DNA of 60,000 nt, from positions 206,772,001-206,832,000 of the forward strand of contig NC_058368.1 in NCBI RefSeq assembly GCF_018350175.1. Direction: 5' to 3'. The notes beneath the pieces are model-generated. The model had not been told where the DNA came from and ran no database searches. It saw nothing but the letters and a program-made list of their open reading frames with translations. Positions 36,430 to 47,059 of this stretch are shown piece after piece (position 1 is the first letter of the stretch; every line of letters starts with the position of its first letter). This DNA is from Felis catus. Lineage: Eukaryota. The position numbers and the translations under genes are program-made.

Positions 36430-36870
36430 AGTACTGTGCTACATATATGTACAAAGATGTTCATAGTAGTGTATTTAGAGAATTAAAGAATTGGAAACAA
36501 TAAAAAATATTCTTTATGAGGAGTTGGCTAAATAGATTACATTTTAGCCATACGAAGGAACAGTATATTGCTATTCAAGAATATGAAGTGGCTTCATAGG
36601 TACCACCTATGATATATGGTTAAGTAAATACTTTAAGAAATACAACAGGATGATATATTTTTTATTGAAATATTTAAAAATGTATGTTATATGTATGTCC
36701 CAAAGGTTGTGGTGTTTTTACAGTAGTCTGTTGGGTGGCTTCCCCTGAGGACAGGCGTTGTGGCAGGGGTGGGTGGTGGCAGGGAGAAGCCATGGGAAGA
36801 ACTTACTAATTTCCTTTATTCACTTCTGTAATGTTTTAATGATTTTTTCAACCAGCAAAAATATTTAAAC
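36430..36870 (+). mobile_element. Old L1ME 3' end
   Basis: ATATGTACAAAGATGTTCATAG...AATTGGAAACAA...GAGTTGGCTAAATAGATTA; ACTTCTGTAATGTTT. Confidence 0.65.
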
Positions 36871-37012
36871 TAAAGGTAGTATAAATCTAGTCAAATGTGG
36901 GTAAACAGAAGGCCTAGTATATAGGGTGAGGTTATGAGGAGTTAGAGGCAAGCCTCTGAGGACTGCAGGGGCTCTTAGATAATGGAGAGAGGACTTTAAA
37001 AGTAACTATTAT

Positions 37013-37224
37013 GGGGTGCCTGGGGTCTCAGTCAGTTAAGCATCCGACTTGGTTTCAGCTCAGGACCTGTTTTAACAGCTGGTGAGTTCAAGCCCCGCAA
37101 TGGGCTCTATGCTGACAGCGTGGAGACTGCTTGGAATTCTCTCTCCCTCTCTCTTTGCCCCTTCCCCACTCATGCTCTCTCTCTCTCTGAAAAATAAATA
37201 TATAAACATTTAAAAAAAATAAAT
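37013..37224 (+). mobile_element. Can-SINE (SINEC)
   Basis: GGGGTGCCTGGGGTCTCAGTCAGTTAAGCATCCGACT; (CT)n; A-tail. Confidence 0.92.
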
Positions 37225-39149
37225 AAAATTAAATGTTACCCAGAATATCTTCAAACTGATCTTGGAAGCCCACACACTCTCAACCTACGGAATAAATGGA
37301 CTTGCCTTTCAGGTCACAAGAGTATTGAAGTGACATTAAATAACCTACAAGAGTAATGCTTCTCTTTATGTACTAGGAAATGCATTATGTAAATGTGCAT
37401 ATGTAAAATGGCATTCTCCACACACTCTGAAGTAATGGCACAGCTAGACCATTTACTGAGCCCTGGATATATTTCTCGAGGGCACTACCACACAATTGGA
37501 TCCGACATTAAGGTGATTTATTGATAAGTTCATTACTGCTGTGCTCTCTTTCAAATTAGTGATGCATAACGTATGAGGAGCAGAAAAGCTTTAACTGTGA
37601 GATACGAGTGTGATTCAGTAAGAACCTGCGATTTGCGTAGGAAAGGAATCTGGTGGCAAACTGGTCGGGTGATTGCAGGGCTTTGAAAACTGTAGCATAA
37701 CTGACTCCTCAGACATTACAGGCTAAGTAAACAATTCATTTGTTTATAATTATTTATATCCCATCTAACCTCAGCTGTCCTCTTTGGTAATGCTTTCCGG
37801 GTCAGTTTGAAGCACATCTTGTGATGAATTAAAGAAGTATGTCTGATAATATAAACCAGAAGCATGGTGCTATAGACTCATCTCTGCCCTGAATTCACCT
37901 TTTCTCCTAAATATTAATGATATAAACAAAAGACTAAGGAGAAAATGAGAAGAGGCAGAGAAGGAAAGTAAAATTTTAGTCTTCCTCCTTTATATTGATT
38001 CATGTCTTGATTATATTTATTGAATTTGATTGAATAAGCAAATATAATGCTTACTTATCTTTGTATTTGTCATCATAGGGAAGTTATGGTTTTCAAAATG
38101 TAGATGCTTATACAAATTATGAGCAAATGACACACCTATTCTCAAGGTTAGGTTAATTGCCATGCTCAGTATAAATGATTCCATAATCCTACCTCTAAGA
38201 ATGTGGACGAGTTTAAAATTCTGTATACCTTGCCTGATTAGTAACCTTGATCATCTCTTTTCTGCCCAGCTTATGTATGCCCATATTGACTCCATTTCTT
38301 GCCTTTATCTTATTACTCTTCCATTATTAAGTTCACACACACAAAAATGATATATAGGATTATAAGAAGTTAGAAAGCTAAGGAACCTTATCAAAATTTG
38401 GATGTGGGACAGAGGCACATATATAATAATTTGTTTAAACGTAGCATAGTATGATATATATATTGTTTATTTTATAAAATGATTTTCATCAGCCTATAGG
38501 TACTTTTGAAAAGTACCTGTAGTTAGAGTTAGAAAGTCTCAATAATAGGTCAATTTATCCAATATGGGATTGGGACTCAATATTTATTACCTATAGTTCA
38601 TGTAAGAAGTAAGCATAACCTCAAATATTTTATTACTCTTAACACAGTATAAATGTTGTCTTGGTGTACGTCCCATCATTGTATTTTATTTTTGACATTC
38701 CTGATTTTGTTCTGCAGAGCTGAGAAGACAGTCTAATTTGGAATGAACTTGGGTCCTGAATGAGCACTCCAGTTTTCCCTTACCCCTATACCATCTTACA
38801 TATTTGTGTTTAACATAGTCATTGATAAATACTTTGAGAAAGATTTATTTAGGTACTTCTTCCTTCTCCTTTTTAAAACATGTTTTACCAAATCAAATTG
38901 TCAGAAAAACATGAGGGAGGTTTGTAGAAGAGTTTAGAAACTACTAATGTGCTATATCAACTCCTTTTAAATAGATAACAATAAAGCAAGAAGATATCTT
39001 GTGATCACACAGAACATGGGAAATGTGAATGCCTGTGTGTAGAAGCGTGGCATCTCCATTTTGTACTCAGTATTGGCTATTCTGTTGTTTCGTATTCTCT
39101 AAAAAGTGCAACAAAGTTTGTTTATTTATTTTAAATATTTAAAAAAAAA

Positions 39150-39245
39150 ATTTTTAAGTTATCTCTACACCCAACCTGGGGCTTGAATCTTCAACCCTGA
39201 GATCAAGAGCTTCACACTGTACCAACTGAGCCAGCTGGGTGGCCC
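39150..39245 (-). mobile_element. Short Can-SINE (SINEC_b-like, no CT tract)
   Basis: TAAGTTATCTCTACACCCAACCTGGGGCTTGAA...CCCTGAGATCAAGAG...CAACTGAGCCAGC. Confidence 0.85.
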
Positions 39246-39259
39246 TGCAGTGAATTATT

Positions 39260-40176
39260 TTATTTTATTTTATTTTATTTTATTTTATTTATGTATTTAT
39301 TATTTACTTATTTTTATTTAAATTTTAGTTATTTAACATACAGTACAGTATTGGTTTCAGGAGTAGAATTCAGTGATTCATCACTTGCATTCAACACTCA
39401 GTGCTCATCACAAGTGCCTTCCTTAATACCCATCACTCATCTAGCCTATCTCCCACCCACCTCCCTCCATCAACCCTCAGTTTGTTCTCTACCATTAAGA
39501 ATCTCTTATGGTTCGTTTCCTACTCTCCTCTTTTTCCCCCCTTCCCATATGTTTATCTGTTTCGTTTCTTAAATTCCACATATGAGTGAAATTACGGGGT
39601 ATTTGTCTTTCTCTGATTGACTTATTTTGCTTAGCATAATACAGTCTAGTTCCATCCATGTCAACACAAATGGTAAGATTGCATTCTTTTTGATGGTTGA
39701 ATAATATTCCATTGCATTTATACACCACATCTTCTTTATCCATTCATCAATTGATGGACATTTAGGCTCTGCTGTCTCCATAGTTTGGTTGTTGTTGATA
39801 ATGCTGCTATAAACATTGGGGTACATGTACCTCTTCAAATCTGTATTTTTGTATCCTTTGGGTAAATCCCTAATAGTGCAATTGCTGGGTTATAGGGTAG
39901 TTCTAGTTTTACTTTCTTGAGGAACCTCCATACTGTTCTCCAGGGCGGCTGCACTAGTTTGCATTCCCACCAACAGTGCAAGAGGGTTTCCCCTTCCCCA
40001 AGTCCTTGTCAGCACCTGTTGTTTCTTGTGTTGTTAATTTTGACCATTCTGACAGGTATGAGATGGTATCTCATCATGGTTTGGATTTGTATTTCCCTGA
40101 TGATGAGTGATGTTGAGCATCTTCTCACGTGTCTGTTGGCCATCTGCATGTCTTCTTTGGAAAAGTGTCTATTCAA
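39260..40176 (-). mobile_element. 5'-truncated carnivore L1 (about 0.92 kb)
   Basis: [15 protein letters not shown] and EPKCPSIDEWIKKMW on minus; (TTTTA)n tail; TSD CCCTG(CAG/AAA)TGAATT at 39243 and 40177. Confidence 0.95.
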
Positions 40177-40443
40177 CCCTGAAATGAATTTTAAATCCCA
40201 ATACACAGAATCAGTATTTTGTTTTTAATTAAAGTTTAAAGTTTAACAATACTAAAATAATCTTTGTATTTAAGAAGTAGCCTTTTCAGACTTATATGAA
40301 ACTTCATGGCCCAAACAAATGGAAAAAGTTTATTTCTGAGAGTCATAAATCCAAGATTATGACCCCCAAACTAGCATTTGATAGATGAAATTATAATATG
40401 CACTAATGATAGATTACTGTAGTATCTAAAATAATATGATATT

Positions 40444-40668
40444 GGGGTGCCTGGGTGGCTCAGTGGTTAAGTGTCTGACTCTTGATTTCAGCTCAGTTCA
40501 TGATCTCACATTTCTTGGATTCGAATCCCACATTGGGCCCAGTGCAGCGCAGAGCCTGCTTGGGATTATTTTTCTCTTTGCCTCTTCCCTGCTCTCTCTC
40601 TCTCTTTCTTGAAATAAATAAACTTTTCAAAAAATAAAAATAAATAAAATAGAATAACATATAAAATA
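40444..40668 (+). mobile_element. Can-SINE (SINEC)
   Basis: GGGGTGCCTGGGTGGCTCAGTGGTTAAG head; degenerate TSD containing ATATGATA. Confidence 0.92.
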
Positions 40669-40709
40669 AAGCATATGATAATAACAAGATGAAAAATGTA
40701 CACAATACA

Positions 40710-40929
40710 TTAGGGTTGGCAAACCTTTTTTCAATGAAGGGTCAGATAGTAAATATTTTAGGCTTTGTGGGCCATATGGTCTCTGATGCAACTACTGAAC
40801 TCTGCCATTGTAGCAGGAAAATAGCCATAGACAATGCATAAATGAGTGAGCATGACTGTGTTCCAATTAAACTTTATTCATAAACAGGCAGCAGGCCCAG
40901 TTTGCCAGGGGGCTGCAGGTTGTCCATTG
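40710..40929. mobile_element. MER58A-like hAT-Charlie MITE
   Basis: GGGTTGGCAAAC...CAGATAGTAAATATTTTAGGCTTTGTGGGCCATATGGTCTCTG...CAACTACT..CTCTGCCATTGTAGC. Confidence 0.9.
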
Positions 40930-41348
40930 AAATACATTGTTATATGAAAAATCTCATTATACATTGGTATATGTAATATAATGTTATTACAAAAAAACTG
41001 TATGACTAAAGAGATACACAGAGAATTGTTAAAATGTGAACACTGGTTATTTTTGGTGAAATTATCTTTTGTGCTGTTGTGCATATATGTATATCAAGGT
41101 ACAAAGAAAACGATTTAAAAATAAAAAAACTATTAGGAAACATTTTAAAAACTAAAAATTGTGTTAAGTACATGTAGATGAATAAAACAATGTTGAAATC
41201 ATTTTTTCCTACATGATAGTTATATAAGATGTATATCATTTATTTTATGTCATTTTTATCACTGTCATCATGTCAGTTTTGGTGTTTTTTGTTTTTTCTT
41301 ATTTTTTTGTTTTGTTTGTTTCTTTGTTTTTGTGTTTTTAATGATGGC

Positions 41349-42014
41349 TGTGTTCTTCATGTTACCAGGCATATGAGAATCTGTTCACCCCTGGTTTTCT
41401 TAATTATTTTGAGCTCTGCTTTTAAGCTGATTCTTTTAAAATACAGATTATATTATTATTTAGGTATGGCAAGGTTAGCAGTTCAGGAGATGACAGCTGT
41501 TGGATAGTTTGTTATCCTCGTAGATACAAAGAGAAGGGGGCATGTCTTGACAAGGTGACTACAGAGGGAAGCAACAGGGTCAGGGATTGGTGTGGAGCAA
41601 GAGTGGAGGGGGAGCTGGAGGGTGTGTGTGGGATGGCGTGCCTTGGCAAGAACCTGTATTGTGTTTTCCAAAGAAAAGGAACAGGTGAGACAGGATAAGC
41701 AGGTTTAGGTTAGATGCTTTGTATAATTTCACTGGGCTCTGGGGCATAAAGACTGTCCCTGGTTGTCCAGTGTTTGGCCCTGGGGCGATTGGGAAGGGAA
41801 GGGAAGAGATGGTGGCCCAGAGTGTGAGAGCCTGACTGAGGAAGTGACAGGGTAGATGGGTTCTGGATTGGTTGATTTGCATATGAAAGGCATGCTCCAG
41901 GAAATTAGTTTGCTATCTTTAGGAATTAGCTAACCTTGGCAAGGGCAGTTCCTTCGGGATCAGCAAGGCCCCAAGATGTCAGCATGTCAGAAATTAAAAG
42001 GCATAGTCAATACA
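41349..42014 (-). mobile_element. ERVL-type solo LTR (MER76-like)
   Basis: TG...CA termini, 5-bp TSD ATGGC/ATGGT; GGGCTCTGGGGCATA...GGCCCTGGGG...GGTGGCCCAGAGTGTGAGAGCC...CAGCAAGGCCCCA motifs. Confidence 0.8.
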
Positions 42015-42231
42015 ATGGTATACTAGGGATTTGGATAAACACATCGATCACAAATGTGTTAATAAAGTTTGGCCCATTTGAAGAGCATATTGTCAACTTT
42101 TTACTATTCGTTTAAGTAACCTTTATGAAATATACTGAGAACCAAGTTTTTGATTTTCTCTTTAGAGTGGTCTAGACTCCTCACACATTATCTTAAGTAC
42201 TATCTCAACTGATAATATATTCAGGCTCTGT

Positions 42232-42460
42232 AATATGGTAGCTCATGGCATAAATGTACTGAATGTACCAGGAATCCTCAGATTGCCAGTTCTGCCATAC
42301 ACATTGTAGAATTTCTTATCACAATGCCTTGACTTCGAAATTTGTGAATTGAGAAGTTTGTGTATAGTTTCCCTGGTTGCTTAATGGGGTTATTGTGAGA
42401 ATCGAATCAAGTAAGCACTTGGAAAACTATAATGCACTACAAGAAACTGAGCACCACTGT
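42232..42460 (+). mobile_element. MIR fragment
   Basis: GGGTTATTGTGAGAATCGAAT...AAGCACTTGGAAAACTATAATGCACTAC. Confidence 0.6.
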
Positions 42461-42489
42461 GATTGGCTTTAATCATCTCATTTATTTTA

Positions 42490-42880
42490 TCTGGATGCCT
42501 CTTGGATATCCCCCTAAGCACCTATGAGCGAAGTTACCGAAGTTAAGTCTAACACTTCTTTTTTCACCTTACAAAGGAGTGTGTTGGGGGGGGGGGGTGG
42601 TGGTGATGAATTTTACTCATTCTCTTACACATTGTCAGTTCTTCTACCTACTTAGACCAGACACTTGGGCAGAATCTTTATATTTTCATCTCTCTCTGAG
42701 CCTCTGTAGGTCAAAATCAGTTTGTCTAGTCATTTGACTGCCTGTTACTGGTATCTTTGCACCTCCGCATGCTGTCCCTCTCTACCATCTCTATCCAAAG
42801 CCACATCATCACAAATCCTAGCCAGCCTGTGGGAAACACCTCCCAACCTAGTCTTTTACCTCCAATTTCTCACCCTCTCT
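42490..42880 (+). mobile_element. L2 fragment
   Basis: CTCTTGGATATCCCCCTAAGCACCT...CCAAAGCCACATCATC...CCTCCCAACCTAGTCTTTT. Confidence 0.5.
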
Positions 42881-43773
42881 TTTGAGCTTAAATGCTTCTC
42901 AAACTGGGAGACTTTTCTGATTTACTGAATCAAGATGTGCTATTTCCTTGCCCCTGGGCTCCTTAATGCTTACCTTTCATTTTCCCAATTTTTTTCCTCC
43001 ATACAGGAAGTGCTTGGGAAAACTCAGGAAAAACCCTGGATAAAGGTAAATTTTAGCTATTGTTCTATGTAAAGTAAGGCAGCCATACAGAGGGATGCTA
43101 TGAATAATGTATGCAAATACTTTCCTTGAATTCATGCTTCTTTAATTTATTTAGGGAAAAGTTGCTCCCTTTGTTCAAAGTCTGATGGGATTTCTCTGGG
43201 CAAAGACTGGGAATTTCCCAGGGCAGTTTCTTCTGAGATTAGCCTTAGGGGAGATTGTGCTCAGATTTCATTTGTGGACACTCTTGGCAAAGGCAACCTT
43301 CTGTAACTAGGTCAGAACTCTCTTCTCCCTTGCTGGGATGGTAGATGGGTCAGATCTTCCATGTTTTCTATAGGTTGCAGGCACCATCATCACCATGCCC
43401 CCACTCTTCATTATCTTTGATCCATAGTCATGGAAGTGAGCAATGCCACACTGGGGCTCCTGGACCCTTCTAAAAAGTGACATCATCACCTTCAGGCTGA
43501 GGGCTGAAAGCAATGTGAATAATAGGATAATTTTAAGGAGTAAATGGAAGTTGAAACACTTTGACTGTTTTCTGTCACTCAGTGTCCTGTAATTTCTATC
43601 TTATTGTTTTTATAATATAGTGAGGTAACTGAGAAAGCATTATTAAATTTGGAAGGCCCTTAATTTTAGATAGATATAAATGAATATATATATTAATTTT
43701 TATCAAGTTCCTTAATCTCTGTGATTCAGTTTTCCCATCTATAAACTAGAGAGTAGTGAGGAACATATGAGGT

Positions 43774-44324
43774 CGTTGGATAGGAAAAATGTTTCTGTAC
43801 CCTTTAAGATTCTTTTAGTTTGTTTAAGCATCAAATTCACATAAGACAGATTAACAGGGGAAGAACAAATGCTTAATAACATGTGTACCTTCTGTATACA
43901 TGGGAGAGACTCAAGAAAACTGAACAACTCACCAAAATGGCCAGAGCCATCGCCTTGAATACCATCTTCAGCTAAAGACAAAAAAAAGATGGGGTGGCAA
44001 GCCAGTTATGGGAGATACCCAGCAAAACACAGTAAACAAGGGTAAGATTGTTATGCAGTCTTATATTATGTAAGTCCATGCCTTCTCCATTGAAGCAGTT
44101 TCTAGAGATTGAGTCATCCTCCCCTTTCTAATATTGAAAGGGAGACACCGTTACAAATGGAGAGATTTCCAATTTAAATGTAAATGTCTCTTACAAAAGG
44201 GTCACTTGAACTTGGTTTTTAGAGTTTTTCCAGTGTTTGCAGTGGTTATTTCTTAAAAATAACCAGCTTAAAATAAATAATATACCGAACAGGTATATTT
44301 TGAGGCAGCAATTGCTTCTCTACA
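43774..44324 (-). mobile_element. ERV1-type solo LTR (MER34/39-like) inserted in a MIR
   Basis: ACATAAGACAGATTAACAGG...GGGAGACACCGTTACAAATGGAG...CTTAAAAATAACCAGCTTAAAATAA...TACA; 4-bp TSD AGGT/AGTT; MIR sequence at about 43703-43770 and 44325-44390. Confidence 0.8.
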
Positions 44325-45140
44325 AGTTCATACACATAAAATACTTGAACAGTACAGTTAAATCATAGGCAGCCAATAAATCTTTAATAGTAAATACAAG
44401 AAGAAGAAAGAGGAGGAGGAAGAAGAGGAAAAAAGGGGGAAGAGAGGAAGAAATGATCTTTATGGGAGGGCCATGGAAATACCGAAGAGCAGAGATTATG
44501 TCTTACGCACATTTAGATCCTTTGCAGGATTTAGTTAATAACAGGTACCCAGTAATTGGTACCCAGTTTAAGCATATGGGTGAATAAATAAGTGAATATA
44601 GAGAACCACAAAATTATACTCAGCCATAGCTGACTGATGCTTTGCTTTCATTGGACGAGCATTGCAGTGGATTCATTAGTTAGTTTTGGTGTTAATGAAA
44701 ACCTAACCACAGATGTAAAAATGTGACCTCTCCAACTTTTGGGCACATGAAACATTTGGCAGTCATTATAGAGAATCTGGAGTTGAGAAGACCATTACCG
44801 TCCTCGTGATAGATTTCCTCTAGTTTCCTGCACACTGCACATATTTCTAACCTAAATAAAATCAGTATCAAATCCTTTAGACCCATAGACCCAGCCCTTC
44901 CTCCTCCTCCCTAAATCTAGAATCTGTATCCTTTCTGGGGCTTTGTGAGGAATGTGTGTAATGATTCTGGAGTAGATATTAAGTTTGAGTCTGGAGTGAT
45001 CGCAATAGACATTTTCATGATCTCTCAACAAAGAAGTTATCTGATAAATTTATTCTTAGCTATTAGGGAATAATGTGTAATCTTTTGGAAAAACATTTGT
45101 ATTTTAGAGAATCAAAGAGTACTAAGGGTTTGCTAATATT

Positions 45141-45240
45141 TCATTCATCCATTTGTTCATCAAACTATGTGCCGGTATTGAGAATTCAAAGGTAAATAAA
45201 AATGGTCCTTGGCTTTGAGGAACCTACAGAAACAGATGAC
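45141..45240 (-). mobile_element. L2 3' end fragment
   Basis: TCATTCATCCATTTGTTCATC...ATGTGCCGG...ATGGTCCTTGGCTTTGAGGAAC. Confidence 0.6.
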
Positions 45241-45609
45241 CAATTGTTACATTTTTGATATGAATAGCATAGATAATTTGTTAAATTATTTCTTGGCAAC
45301 CCTCAAATCACATCTTGTGACTACTGACCAACACACAACTATCCTGGAACAGTATTCTAGGACCTAAGTCAGCTCTGGAAGATGAAATGTAAAGAAATAA
45401 TTATCTGCCTAGAGGTTCATCCCACAGTGTCACACACAAGGCTCCCTAAATCTTTTTATTTTTATGCTCTTAAATAGAGCTATTCATATGGATTTTGCTC
45501 AGCTCTTACCTAAATCTACAAGGTACTGACTTCATATGCTTATGATTGCTCAAAGTCAGAAGGAAGCAGATCATCTCATGGGTAGCCTAAAGATATATGA
45601 CAACTATGT

Positions 45610-46789
45610 TTTTTTTCAAATGAAATATTGACTGTATAAAATATTGTTATTTTGCCTATTAAAAATTAATATTCTCATTGTCAGAAACAGATGACTCAGG
45701 AAAATAGTAATCTGTCATTATTCAGAAAAACAAATTGTTAATATTTTGACTTATTTCAATATAGCATTTTGTATAGTTATGAGAATGAATTCATGTATGA
45801 ATATTAGTACATGAATACATAGCTATTTTATTATTATGTTTTCTTCTTTTGGCTTAATATTTATCGTATTACAAAATATCTAGTTTTTCTATGAGACTTA
45901 CTAATAGTTATCTAATATTCCATCAAAACCTTACCATAACTTGTTTCAATATACCCATATATAATACATTTCAGATTATTCCGTTCCTTTTGCAATTATA
46001 TTTAATACTGTGAAGAACATCCTGAAAGTGAAATTACTGGATCTTATGGTTTTGCAGTTTAACTGTGTGTACTGATTCAAAGGTTATGAAAGTGTTCTGT
46101 GCTTTTCTCTGCAAAGCTTTTGTTTTAGTGTTCACATTTGAACCTACATGGAAGTGTATGGTGTGAGTTAGTGGAAACAGTTTATTTTTGCCATGTGCCT
46201 ATCTAACTGATAACAGCAACATTTATTTACAAGACTATTTATTGTAAGTGGTTTCACTTCAATTCACTGTTACATTTTTTCTAAATTTTATTAATTTTTC
46301 ATAAATATACATTTGCATTTGTTTTTAGTTTAGAATTATTTTAGGACTCTACTCTTCCATTAGTCACCTTGTTCCAACTTTGACACAAACAATAGTGTCA
46401 TATTTCCTATATTACTTATTACTTATTTATTCTAGCTTATCAGAGGTCTTGTTATATGCTCAATAAGACTTTTAGCTTTGTTCTTCTGAAATGCTGTGGC
46501 TATTCTTGGTCCTTTGCTCTTCCATTTGAATTTTTGAATCAGTTCATCAATGTAAAAAATGAAAAAAAAACCCACCCAACCAAGAAACAATTGTGATATT
46601 TACTAGGATTGCATTGAAAGTATTGATTAATTTGGGAGGAATTGTCATTTTTAATTTTGTTATTATTTATTATTATTTGAGTCTTCTAACCAATGAAATA
46701 ATATATCCCTTATTTATTTTGGTTTTCTTTCATTTTCCCTTTATTATTATATAGTTCATGATTTTCCATGTAGAGATTTTGTACATTTT
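45610..46789 (-). mobile_element. Old L1ME (host of the full-length L1); resumes at about 54045-54222
   Basis: TGGCTATTCTTGGTCCTTTGCTCTTCCATTTGAATTTT...GGATTGCATTGAA...ATTAATTTGGGAG; continuity across the TSD. Confidence 0.75.
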
Positions 46790-47059
46790 AATTTTTTTAT
46801 TTTTTAAATTTATTTTTTTAATTTTATTTTTTATTTTTTAAAATTTACATCCAAATTAGTTAGCATATAGTTCAACAATGATTTCAGGAGTAGATTCCTT
46901 AAAGTCCCTTACGCATTTAGCCCATCCCCTCCCACAACCCCTCCAGCAACCCTAAGCTTGTTTTCCATATTTATGAGTCTCTTCTGTTTTGTCCCCCTCC
47001 CTGTTTTTATATTCTTTTTGTTTCCCTTCCCTTATGTTCATCTGTTTTGTCTCTTAAAG

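Noticed and set aside
42586..42605. Poly-G/C runs (also about 16471, 28561, 36766) as G-quadruplex elements
   Set aside because: Short homopolymer expansions inside decayed repeats with no functional context.
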